A program made the position numbers and the translations under genes. From a virus, in UHGV virus genome UHGV-1605165: 19,376 nucleotides of DNA. The stretch is one strand, 5' to 3'. The number at the start of each line of letters is the position of its first letter. Within the stretch, counting starts at the first letter, position 1. Below the pieces are notes generated by a model. The model was not told the DNA's origin. It saw only the letters and a program-made list of their open reading frames with translations, and made no database searches. Shown here piece by piece: positions 1-7,700 of this stretch.

Positions 1-395
1 ATCACCTCCTGCTCCGGATCGGCGTCACTGTTTCCGTTGACGAAGTTCACCGCATCCAGAAAACGGGCGTAAACCTTACGCCGGACCACCGTTCCGCCGA
101 CCAGACTCTGCAGATCTTCCGCCATCCCGGTGACCATGCCGTGCAGGTTAGAGACCGTCAGTGTCGGACGGGCAGCACTGCCCTTGCCGTTCATCTCAAA
201 TCCACTCCCCTGAATGGGATAGGCCTGATACTGCCGACTCTGCCAGGTGACAGACTCACCTTTTTCATTCTGCTCATTGCAGAAAAAGTAGCGATCCCCG
301 CCTACCTCGGTCAGGTCGATTTCCCAGAGCACCACGCTGGCCGACTGCTCCGCACGAATGCATTCATTCAGCGTTTCCTGTTGTATGTCCTGCAT
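1..395 (-). CDS. L: minor tail protein L (lambda gpL-like), 5' part only; gene runs off the window edge
   Basis: Minus-strand translation from ATG 395..393 reads [47 protein letters not shown]..., which I recognise as near-identical to the lambda gpL N-terminus. Start overlaps the stop of M (TGATG). Absent from ORF track because no stop lies inside the window. Confidence 0.85.
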   Translation of the reverse strand, partial: MQDIQQETLNECIRAEQSASVVLWEIDLTEVGGDRYFFCNEQNEKGESVTWQSRQYQAYPIQGSGFEMNGKGSAARPTLTVSNLHGMVTGMAEDLQSLVGGTVVRRKVYARFLDAVNFVNGNSDADPEQEV

Positions 396-733
396 CAGAT
401 CACCACTTCGTCAAACTGACACGAAAAATCGGTATAGGTGATATGTTCTGTCGCTGACCACGTTCGACACACCACTCTGATTTTTCTGTTAATACCCGGC
501 GGGCGCCAAAAAAAAGATTTATAGCCTTCATGCCGGGCTAAAAATTTTTCAAATGAATCACGTTCATTCGCCTCAACTTTGAAATCACAGGTGAAAACGC
601 GCAGAGAATGATTAAGTCCATTTGGACTTCGTTGCTCATAACCATCGCCAAATCTTACAGTTTTTATCGATGGTTTATTTTCTGTTTTCATTCCATCCTC
701 TGGTAACCAGTGAAATTCTTCCGTATTAGCCAC
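395..733 (-). CDS. M: minor tail protein M (lambda gpM-like)
   Basis: 112 aa; [16 protein letters not shown]...FDEVVI matches the lambda gpM pattern (VRFGDGYSQRAPAGLN...FEQVVN) as I recall it. GTG start at 733 overlaps the tape-measure stop by 8 nt; canonical position between H and L. Confidence 0.85.
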   Translation of the reverse strand: MANTEEFHWLPEDGMKTENKPSIKTVRFGDGYEQRSPNGLNHSLRVFTCDFKVEANERDSFEKFLARHEGYKSFFWRPPGINRKIRVVCRTWSATEHITYTDFSCQFDEVVI

Positions 734-3700
734 TTAACATTCCCCCATCACGTCGCATATTTAACAGATTGCCCTGCACCCGCTGATCAACCATCCCCAT
801 AAGTGCTTTTATTGCCTGAGGGCCAATCTCTCCATTCTGGCCGTCATTTTGAATAGTGATTTGGTATACAGGGGCATAGGTAATATCTCCGCCTCCATTA
901 CCACTTTTACTATTAATAGCTCTGACACCAAGAGAACCATCGGAAGTTCGTGTTAATGGCATAATGGCTTCCGGACCAGCCTCACCAAAAACACCAGCCC
1001 CTTTTGCAAAAGCAAAAAATTGCGGGGAATCATAAATACCGTTCGAATACATGTTCAATGACGGAGACTCATAAACACCGCCCTTTGCATTCGGAATAAA
1101 TTTACTAATAGCACTCCCGATAGTTCCTAAAATCCCCCCAGAAGAACTGTTACTAATGCTGTCGAAAATCCCAGTAATTGAAGCCTTTAATGCTATTCGA
1201 CTAAGATCCGAAATCACGGAAGTAGCGAAAGAACGAAAATTTGCCTTGCCTGTCGTGACAAAATCACCCAGCGCATCGGTCATTCCATCAAACATCTGAG
1301 TCGTGGTTGATTTTATCTGCTCACTGATATCCTTAGTGTCATCCAGCCAGTTATTGAATCCCTGGGAGGCACCACTAACCCAGTCTCCTGCCTGAATATC
1401 GAGCTGCTCGTTTTTCTGTCTGACAATGTCTTTTTCTCGTTCCAGAGCATCATTCAGAGCCTGCATTTTCTCCTGAAAAACATGATTTGACATCCCACGG
1501 GATTTATCTGCATAGTCACGTTCAAGTTGCAGACGCTGATTGTTATATTCACGTTCAATCCGCAGTAATTCCTGCTGGCGTTGCTGATTTTTATCGCCAA
1601 CCCCATAACCAGCAATCTGAATATCATACCCCTGTTGACGATTATCAATCGAAGCCTGCAATGAATCACGCCATGCAGCTATTTCGGCGGATTCCTTGAT
1701 TAGCCTGTTATTTTTTTCAATCGCAACATTTTTCTCCATCAACGCGGTTATTTCTTCCCGGTGTAAGAGAAGCGATTTCTGATCCTGGGTTAATTTCGAT
1801 GACGGTCGTGACTCCAGGTTGGCAATCTGCTGACGCCACTTAACCAGTTCCTGTTCAGTGGAACTTAATTTAACGGTTAATTCAGTTTGTGAACTTAGTA
1901 ACGCATTCTGTTGATTCAGATGATCAATCATTCGTTGGGCAGCATCATCCGAATAACCTTTCGCCTTTGGTTGCTTTGGATCTTTATAACGCTCATTTAT
2001 TTGAGCGATAAGATTATTATATTCTTCCTTTGAATACTGACTCTTTAGCTTTTCCAGTTTTGCAAGTTCACTAGCTCTCTGCTGCTCCCGGGTCTGATAT
2101 TGTTTTGAAAAGGCATCTGCTCTCTGTCTGAGTTCAATTCCTTCCTGTTGTCGCTTGTTGTAATCGTTTATTGATGAATTTAGTACGTCCTGAGCAATTT
2201 TTTCTGCTTGAAGTGCGCCCAATTGCTGCTTTAATCGTGCCAGCCTTTTATTTTGAGCTCCGCCATCTCCAATGCCACCTAACCCGAAAACTCCGGGTCG
2301 GGTATTTTTTTCTATTTCATCAATTTGACGGAGAACATCTGAGATTTTTTGATCAAGGGAGGCCTCACGGCCAATATCCAGCATGGAATCCCATGCCCAT
2401 TTTGCGGAGTCTGCGACAGCTTTCCATGCAGTCTCAAGATAACCAAGATTTTCTTTAATCTGGTTGGTGCGCTGGATCATTGAGGATGAGTATGCTTCTG
2501 TCGCAATGCGGGCGGCCTCCTGCTGGTTCCCTTCATCCTGTAGCGCCTTAATCTGGTTATAAGTCGCAATTGTCAGAAAATGGTACTGATCATTAAGTTT
2601 TGATATGGCACTGACAGGATCCTTTGCAATTTCATTGAAGTCATTAACCAGTTGTTCGGTTGATATTCCTGTTACTTCGCTCGTTTTTACTATCGCTGTC
2701 GTCACTTGCTCCAGCGAACTGCTCGCTACCTTTCCCGAACGCACAAGCTGGTTTAATACTGCCGCCGCAGCGCCAGTTGTCGAATCAGCCGCATTCCCGG
2801 CACGTTGAGCTATATCGGCCAATTGCCCGCTGGTTGTCCCCAACTGATTTCCGGTAAGAATAAGAGATTTATTAAATTCGTCCTGCTCCTGAGAGCCTTT
2901 ATAGTAAGCCAGCCCTAAGACGCCAACGGCTGCTGCGGCCAGGGTAAAAGGATTAATTAATCCCAGCACATAAGAACCAACACCTTTGATCGCCGGGCCA
3001 ATCCCACCGAACATATCTTTTAGCTGGCCGCCCTGCTGCATTAACACCATAAAAGGCGACTGACCAGTGGACAACCCAACAACAATATCCGTCATTTGTG
3101 CAGGCAACATGCGCATAGCAAAAGCCGTTTGTTTTGCCGACATTCCGGTTTTGCTTAATTGAGATTGAGTAACCTCAAGCTCACTCCGCATAGCACGAAG
3201 TTTTCCAGAAAGTTCCTCATACATTTCAGGAGAGAGCATCCCCTTAGCTTTTGCTTCATTGAGCTGTTTCTGTTGTTCTACCAGACGATTAAAAGCAGTT
3301 CCGACAGGGTCAAGTTGAGCAATCAGACGTTGCAAAGCAGCAACCTGTTCATCATGCGCTTTTGCTGCTTCTCGCTCTGCCTGAGCCTCTCCGGTAAGCT
3401 CTCGCCGTGTTTCCTGTATTTTTCGGCTATAATTCTCAAACTGAGAACCATTTATTTTCCCGGATGCAAACGCAGCATTAAGTTCATCCTGCTGTTGTTC
3501 AAGATTTCTTAGCGCCGCAGCCAGAGGGTCGATCTTGTCCAGCATTCTTTGAAAGGCCTGAGCCTGCGCTTCCTGCTGGGCGGCAGCAAGTTTTCCGGCC
3601 TTCTCGGCTTCTCTCTGCGCTTGCGCAACCCCGCTCAATTCCTCTGTGGTTTCATTAAGTTTACGGACAAGAAATTCATATTCTTCTTTATCAATAAGCC

Positions 3701-3959
3701 CTTTATCGAAAAATTTCTTTAATTCAGAATAGCGTCGACCGACAGTATCAATTGCGGCACCAACTGGATCAATAGCTGCTTTTAATTTTGCGAGCGCGTT
3801 CTTCTCATCTTCTGTTGCCTTAGTCACTTTCCCTGCGCTATTTGCAGCAGTTTCCCCGGCCTGCGTCATTTTGACTAATGAGGAGGTCAGATTGTCAGCA
3901 TTATTTTTTGCTCCAGTGCTATCAATAATTATTGCGAGACGCGAGGTTTGCTCTGCCAT
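726..3959 (-). CDS. H: tail tape measure protein (lambda gpH-like)
   Basis: 1077 aa, coiled-coil rich. [39 protein letters not shown] and C-terminal [16 protein letters not shown]...[10 protein letters not shown] resemble lambda gpH. ATG 3959 with GGAG 8-9 nt upstream. Sits downstream of G/G-T and upstream of M and L. Confidence 0.9.
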   Translation of the reverse strand: MAEQTSRLAIIIDSTGAKNNADNLTSSLVKMTQAGETAANSAGKVTKATEDEKNALAKLKAAIDPVGAAIDTVGRRYSELKKFFDKGLIDKEEYEFLVRKLNETTEELSGVAQAQREAEKAGKLAAAQQEAQAQAFQRMLDKIDPLAAALRNLEQQQDELNAAFASGKINGSQFENYSRKIQETRRELTGEAQAEREAAKAHDEQVAALQRLIAQLDPVGTAFNRLVEQQKQLNEAKAKGMLSPEMYEELSGKLRAMRSELEVTQSQLSKTGMSAKQTAFAMRMLPAQMTDIVVGLSTGQSPFMVLMQQGGQLKDMFGGIGPAIKGVGSYVLGLINPFTLAAAAVGVLGLAYYKGSQEQDEFNKSLILTGNQLGTTSGQLADIAQRAGNAADSTTGAAAAVLNQLVRSGKVASSSLEQVTTAIVKTSEVTGISTEQLVNDFNEIAKDPVSAISKLNDQYHFLTIATYNQIKALQDEGNQQEAARIATEAYSSSMIQRTNQIKENLGYLETAWKAVADSAKWAWDSMLDIGREASLDQKISDVLRQIDEIEKNTRPGVFGLGGIGDGGAQNKRLARLKQQLGALQAEKIAQDVLNSSINDYNKRQQEGIELRQRADAFSKQYQTREQQRASELAKLEKLKSQYSKEEYNNLIAQINERYKDPKQPKAKGYSDDAAQRMIDHLNQQNALLSSQTELTVKLSSTEQELVKWRQQIANLESRPSSKLTQDQKSLLLHREEITALMEKNVAIEKNNRLIKESAEIAAWRDSLQASIDNRQQGYDIQIAGYGVGDKNQQRQQELLRIEREYNNQRLQLERDYADKSRGMSNHVFQEKMQALNDALEREKDIVRQKNEQLDIQAGDWVSGASQGFNNWLDDTKDISEQIKSTTTQMFDGMTDALGDFVTTGKANFRSFATSVISDLSRIALKASITGIFDSISNSSSGGILGTIGSAISKFIPNAKGGVYESPSLNMYSNGIYDSPQFFAFAKGAGVFGEAGPEAIMPLTRTSDGSLGVRAINSKSGNGGGDITYAPVYQITIQNDGQNGEIGPQAIKALMGMVDQRVQGNLLNMRRDGGMLSG
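3210..3812 (-). repeat. three tandem, diverged ~60-70-codon coiled-coil repeats inside the tape measure gene
   Basis: Protein-level repeats share the pattern (I/L)DP(V/L)xxAxxx(L/V)...G(L/K/M)(I/L)...(Y/F)E...(K/R)(L/I)...EL(S/T/E)(G/V): [20 protein letters not shown]... / [20 protein letters not shown]... / [20 protein letters not shown].... Coordinates approximate, mapped from residues ~50-250. Confidence 0.5.
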
Positions 3960-3975
3960 TTATTAAAACTCCAGA

Positions 3976-4000
3976 CAACAAAAAGCCCACCGAAGTGGGT
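3976..4000 (-). terminator. putative weak intrinsic terminator or attenuator just upstream of the tape measure gene
   Basis: Minus-strand RNA: ACCCAC-UUCG-GUGGGC followed by UUUUUGUUG (5-bp GC-rich stem, UUCG tetraloop, U-run). Lies in the 163-bp gap between the G-T stop and the tape measure start. Confidence 0.35.
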
Positions 4001-4122
4001 TTCAGGCGACATAATAGTAGATATAGCGATTACGAGGCCACGCAATGCTTTTCTCCAGGAGCATCATCGATTTAATTAAAGACACCATCACATCTCTGTA
4101 ACAGAGTGTACGTAATTAACAA

Positions 4123-4443
4123 CTACACACACTGATCCTGAAAATACTGGTCATCCAGTGCAAAGATCACTGCTTCAAACTCATCGCGCTCAATCAATAC
4201 CGGATGAGTGGCTAAATATTCATTTATCTCTGTCAGAGATAAAGGCAAAGGCACCCCGGTCATTCCAGCATAACGTCGGGCACGGGATATTACCGAATAG
4301 GCGTACAACAATTCCTTAAGCACCGGGTCTATTTCTGGTTCCGGTATCGGTGGCAACCTGAGTTTTTCTCGCTTCCATCTTGCCTTTTCCCCCCTTTCTC
4401 CCCCGAACTCCGATAACCACCGCTGGGCGGCTATGGCTTTTTT
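4123..4443 (-). CDS. T-like extension of the tail assembly chaperone, expressed only as a G-T fusion by -1 programmed frameshift
   Basis: The -1 frame relative to G is open from 4467 to the TAG at 4125..4123 and overlaps the G 3' end. The ORF-track entry 4123..4356 starts at a TTG with no independent start signal. Canonical position between G and the tape measure. Confidence 0.6.
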   Translation of the reverse strand, partial: KKAIAAQRWLSEFGGERGEKARWKREKLRLPPIPEPEIDPVLKELLYAYSVISRARRYAGMTGVPLPLSLTEINEYLATHPVLIERDEFEAVIFALDDQYFQDQCV

Positions 4444-4892
4444 ATCGTATCCTGCTTCTGCTGCTCTTTACCCTGGGCGATGCTGGCTGCTTCTGCAAGG
4501 ATCTGCCAGTACAACTCTGGATTCTGCTTAAGCAGCGCGATCCCTCGTTCTGGCGTATATTCCAGTGCAACCTCAGCACCATTAACCAGTTCACCAACCC
4601 CTTTCCAGTCTTTCAGCAGATAACGAGCAGCATTATCAATGAGTAAATCATCAACAGAATCTACCTCGGAAACCTTTGAAATATCAAACTCCTTCGTTCC
4701 GACGTGCAAACTGGCATCCATTTTCTCAATGTGACGACGGATTAATGCATTACGGGAGCGATACTGATCGTTATCGCTGCTTGCCACCAACAGTTTTAAC
4801 CCGTCTACAGGTTTTAAGTCCTTCATTGGCGTAAACCAGCGTTCTCCACCGATGATAATTTTCTGATTAAGAATAAACATCCATAACCTCAT
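4431..4892 (-). CDS. tail assembly chaperone (gpG-like)
   Basis: 153-aa ORF between tail tube and tape measure, carrying the frameshift site at its 3' end. Start is ATG 4892 or more likely ATG 4880 (GAGG 6 nt upstream). No similarity to lambda G that I recognise; call is by position and recoding signal. Confidence 0.7.
   Translation of the reverse strand: MRLWMFILNQKIIIGGERWFTPMKDLKPVDGLKLLVASSDNDQYRSRNALIRRHIEKMDASLHVGTKEFDISKVSEVDSVDDLLIDNAARYLLKDWKGVGELVNGAEVALEYTPERGIALLKQNPELYWQILAEAASIAQGKEQQKQDTIKKP
4437..4443 (-). other. -1 programmed ribosomal frameshift slippery heptamer A_AAA_AAG
   Basis: In the G frame the last codons are AUA AAA AAG CCA UAG (..I K K P stop). Heptamer A AAA AAG at 4443..4437 fits X_XXY_YYZ and is a known bacterial/phage slippery site. 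Shifting -1 enters the open T frame. Confidence 0.6.
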
Positions 4893-4901
4893 TCAATGCG
4901 T

Positions 4902-4928
4902 CCCCCTGTAGTGCAGTACCACAGGGGG
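4902..4928 (-). promoter_or_regulatory. intergenic RNA stem-loop between tail tube and chaperone genes
   Basis: Perfect 8-bp inverted repeat CCCCCTGT / ACAGGGGG with an 11-nt loop, located between the tail tube stop (4943..4941) and the G start. No U-tract follows on the mRNA strand, so not a classical terminator. Confidence 0.4.
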
Positions 4929-4940
4929 AATAACGGAAAA

Positions 4941-5903
4941 TCAACTAATCGCATCAGCCCTGGCTTTTGCGATCACGGCAGTCGGGGAGCATTTTTTTCT
5001 GGTTATCGTAGGTGCTTCATCTGCTGCGGTAATGCTCAATTGAACCTGGATAATGTCAGTATTACCCCCATCAGGCCATTCACCTGACACCTGAACCTTC
5101 GGGAAACTGAAAGTGTATGCCCCCTCTCCATTCGAAAGCGTGAAGCTGAACGGAACTGTTTCTCCAGTCAGTGTTTTACTCCAGATTTCCCACGCGGCTT
5201 TAGACCATGAAAGCGTCACCGTACCGGACGGTGTAAAAGTAGTCGGAATATTTGCTCCTGCATAAGGCGAGCCAGTCCCGATACAACGCTGTGTCTGGAG
5301 TTTGTTATCGAACTGAATATCAAAACTGTCGATACAAAAACCGTTACCTCCGGCAACACCATTCAGGCTTACTGCTGAAACCTCCTTAAACGAATAGCGT
5401 AACTTTCCTGCACTATCCACAGGTTTGCCTTTGATAAAATTCGTATCATCGGCCTTTGTTTCCCAGCCCAGCCCGGCAAAGGTTACGGTCGCTGTAATAT
5501 CGCCGTCGTTAGGGATCTGCATTTTCCATGAGCCAACCTGCGCTCCTCTGACGACAGAGGCAATTCCGACATCGGACGCATAGGTCGCCAGAGAAAATGT
5601 TATTCGCTCATTCCCCATTGTCAGAGAATCGCCTGACCATTCCGCGCCGAAACAGGATGCAAGAAAATCATCATGTTGACCCCAGCGAAATTTGGTACCA
5701 ACATCACCGCCGACATCCACAGTGCAAGGCGTCGCCCCCTGAGCCATCCGGGAGCCACCAATCTCATTATTTTCGCCTTTATTCTGGGTGGGTTTTACTC
5801 CCCAGCTTGTGCGTTTTAATAAACTCCAGTCACCACTTGCTGGCGTAGTGCCTGCAACTGTCTCCCGGATAAATGCCGAGATAACCTTTGCACCTGAACT
5901 CAC
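4941..5903 (-). CDS. major tail tube protein
   Basis: 320 aa, Gly/Thr/Ser-rich, immediately upstream of G/G-T/tape measure. GTG start at 5903 preceded by AGGAGG with 5-nt spacing. Not lambda gpV-like by my recollection; call by position and composition. Confidence 0.65.
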   Translation of the reverse strand: MSSGAKVISAFIRETVAGTTPASGDWSLLKRTSWGVKPTQNKGENNEIGGSRMAQGATPCTVDVGGDVGTKFRWGQHDDFLASCFGAEWSGDSLTMGNERITFSLATYASDVGIASVVRGAQVGSWKMQIPNDGDITATVTFAGLGWETKADDTNFIKGKPVDSAGKLRYSFKEVSAVSLNGVAGGNGFCIDSFDIQFDNKLQTQRCIGTGSPYAGANIPTTFTPSGTVTLSWSKAAWEIWSKTLTGETVPFSFTLSNGEGAYTFSFPKVQVSGEWPDGGNTDIIQVQLSITAADEAPTITRKKCSPTAVIAKARADAIS

Positions 5904-5929
5904 AGAAGCCTCCTATGTCATTAATTGCG

Positions 5930-6322
5930 CTAGAGCGCGCGATATGGAATTTGAAGATTAAGCTGGAACCAGCCATTCTTTTCGCCGACGGCTATTGAGG
6001 AAACAGCCTGGTAACTGAGACGATCGTCATCCTGAAACTCAAACAGTTCCCGCAATTTATCGGCTGTCTCAGTAATGAGTTTTGAACCAGAACCTGCGGG
6101 GACAAATAACTGAATAATGATTATCCCCGTGCGATAAACAACCGGCCCCGCGCCAATTTCATTAACCCCAGCCTGCCCGGGAATATTACTTAACCGCGCC
6201 CAGATTAACTTACCGGAAGGATCGAACGTTGGCCCGTTCGGATACAATACGTCTTTTCCATCAATAATCGTCTGTGCCGTCATTCTGGAAATAACCGTAT
6301 TTCTGATTTCAGTAAACTTCAT
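5930..6322 (-). CDS. tail terminator / tail completion protein (putative)
   Basis: 130 aa; ATG 6322 overlaps the upstream stop (ATGA); last of four coupled small genes between coat and tail tube, the usual place of the tail terminator. Confidence 0.5.
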   Translation of the reverse strand: MKFTEIRNTVISRMTAQTIIDGKDVLYPNGPTFDPSGKLIWARLSNIPGQAGVNEIGAGPVVYRTGIIIIQLFVPAGSGSKLITETADKLRELFEFQDDDRLSYQAVSSIAVGEKNGWFQLNLQIPYRAL

Positions 6323-6699
6323 TTGTAAGCCTGTAAAACACCATAAAAAGCGTTGGCATACACGCCAGTTGGCGCTTGTTGTGAATGACCGTTTTCAAGA
6401 GCCTCTGCATAAGGAAGGTTATTCTGGATATAAATAACCCCGTAATTTGCAGCTTTCGAAATAACCCCGATCCCACGCTGAACAGCAATCGTACCGTTCG
6501 GATCCACGTTATCAGATATACCAAAATCGGGATGCTGTAACGACACCAGGTTGTTATTTCTGAAACGTCCGGTATCAACCGGAGCAGCAATATCAATAGC
6601 AGTAAGAATCTGCATAGCGATGTAGCGAATCTTCAGCCCTACATCTTCCTCAATCATCCCGGCAAATATTGACGGTTCTATATCCCATGCCTTTGCCAT
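6319..6699 (-). CDS. head-tail joining (neck) protein, HK97 gp10-like (putative)
   Basis: 126 aa; motifs DTGRFRNN and LPYAEALENGHSQQAP resemble the HK97 gp10 family as I recall it; TAAATG junction with upstream gene. Confidence 0.5.
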   Translation of the reverse strand: MAKAWDIEPSIFAGMIEEDVGLKIRYIAMQILTAIDIAAPVDTGRFRNNNLVSLQHPDFGISDNVDPNGTIAVQRGIGVISKAANYGVIYIQNNLPYAEALENGHSQQAPTGVYANAFYGVLQAYK

Positions 6700-7083
6700 T
6701 TACGCTCTCCTTAACTGGATAGAGTAAACTGATGCGGAAGGATCTAAACTTGCTGTAATTACCTCGTATCGTTGTAACTGCCTTGATACAGGATCATAAA
6801 TCTCAATAATATGGTCGACAGCTGGTTTATCCGTAACCTCGCATACCAGAGCGGTTAATTTAAGGTCACCATGCAAAATATTAATCCCATCAATTCTGCC
6901 CAGCTTATAACGTGTCAACACGCCTCGCCCGGTATAGATTGCGGTGGATTCGCCGCCAGTTTCCGTCACAGGATCCCAGTGCCGGTGCGTAACGTAAGAA
7001 CCAGAAAAATCACTCACGGCGTCCGCTAAATCCTCATCAAAAGCAGCGGCAACCTCTGACTGAATCTCTTCACGAAGCCCCAT
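6700..7083 (-). CDS. head closure / head-tail connector protein (putative)
   Basis: 127 aa; start ATG 7083..7081 overlaps upstream stop (TAATG); position-based call. Confidence 0.45.
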   Translation of the reverse strand: MGLREEIQSEVAAAFDEDLADAVSDFSGSYVTHRHWDPVTETGGESTAIYTGRGVLTRYKLGRIDGINILHGDLKLTALVCEVTDKPAVDHIIEIYDPVSRQLQRYEVITASLDPSASVYSIQLRRA

Positions 7084-7478
7084 TATCCCCCCCTCACAAC
7101 CCTGACTTGTGAGCGACTAAGTCCGTACGGTTTCAGCAGTGCTATCGCAAGCTGTAAATCGGGTTCAAGCAATGCAGTGCTGTTTGCTGGCAACTCAGAA
7201 AATGATTTCGATACACTGACCCCGTCAGCCGACACGGCTTTACTGATAACAACGCCAGAATCATTTTTCTGCTGAAACAACTTACCGAATGAGGCAATTC
7301 TGGCTGCATATGCTCCCGCAAGTTTTACCTCTTCCGGAATACGGGATGGGTTAATTTTCAGGTTGAAGCCATTAAGCCAGGCATTAGCCATTAAAACAGC
7401 TTTATTTTTAGCGTTCTCACTCGTCCAGGCGTTCCCAAACGCATTATCAACGTCATCACAGGTCACGTAAGTGATCAT
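7083..7478 (-). CDS. head-tail adaptor protein (putative)
   Basis: 131 aa; ATG 7478 with AGGAG 7 nt upstream; first gene after the coat-proximal terminator and small ORF; position-based call. Confidence 0.45.
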   Translation of the reverse strand: MITYVTCDDVDNAFGNAWTSENAKNKAVLMANAWLNGFNLKINPSRIPEEVKLAGAYAARIASFGKLFQQKNDSGVVISKAVSADGVSVSKSFSELPANSTALLEPDLQLAIALLKPYGLSRSQVRVVRGG

Positions 7479-7481
7479 GTG

Positions 7482-7658
7482 TTACTCCTGAGTTTTCCAG
7501 CCCATAGCCTTCCAGTTGTCAACTTCATCAGGATGAACATTAGCGATAGTTGGTGCGCCGGGAAACATCTGATAATCGGTCACCATAACCACTAACTCAA
7601 TTTGCGTTTTTTGTGCGGCTTCACGCTGTGCTCTTTGCTCTTTAGTTAATCCGGCCAT
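7482..7658 (-). CDS. small hypothetical protein (58 aa), not in the supplied ORF track
   Basis: Hand translation of minus strand from ATG 7658..7656 to TAA 7484..7482: MAGLTKEQRAQREAAQKTQIELVVMVTDYQMFPGAPTIANVHPDEVDNWKAMGWKTQE. Fills the coat-adaptor gap without overlap and ends 3 nt before the adaptor ATG. Confidence 0.35.
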   Translation of the reverse strand: MAGLTKEQRAQREAAQKTQIELVVMVTDYQMFPGAPTIANVHPDEVDNWKAMGWKTQE

Positions 7659-7669
7659 ATGCCCCCCAT

Positions 7670-7690
7670 TAAAAATGGGGCCGAAGCCCC
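7670..7690 (-). terminator. intrinsic terminator immediately downstream of the coat gene
   Basis: Minus-strand RNA: GGGGC-UUCG-GCCCC followed by AUUUUUAAU, starting ~10 nt after the coat stop (7703..7701). A competing hairpin CCCCAUU-AAA-AAUGGGG overlaps it. Confidence 0.5.
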
Positions 7691-7700
7691 GTTTGAATGT

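Noticed and set aside
141-419. Plus-strand 92-aa ORF
   Set aside because: Lies antisense within the lambda L-like and M-like coding regions; no start signals; shadow ORF.
1454-3512. Several plus- and minus-strand ORFs (1454..1669, 1487..1699, 2171..2458, 2605..2857, 3159..3512) inside the tape measure gene
   Set aside because: All are alternative-frame or antisense shadows within a 1077-aa ORF with recognisable lambda H-like motifs; low-complexity translations.
4123-4356. 77-aa ORF as an independently initiated gene
   Set aside because: Begins at a TTG without a Shine-Dalgarno, while its frame is open upstream to 4467 and joins the G frame through an A_AAA_AAG slippery site; better explained as the frameshift extension.
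4380-4646. Plus-strand 88-aa ORF across the G/T junction
   Set aside because: Antisense to the chaperone gene and the frameshift window; Pro/Leu-rich translation typical of an antisense artefact.
6309-6596. Minus-strand 95-aa ORF
   Set aside because: Alternative frame wholly inside the HK97 gp10-like gene (6319..6699).
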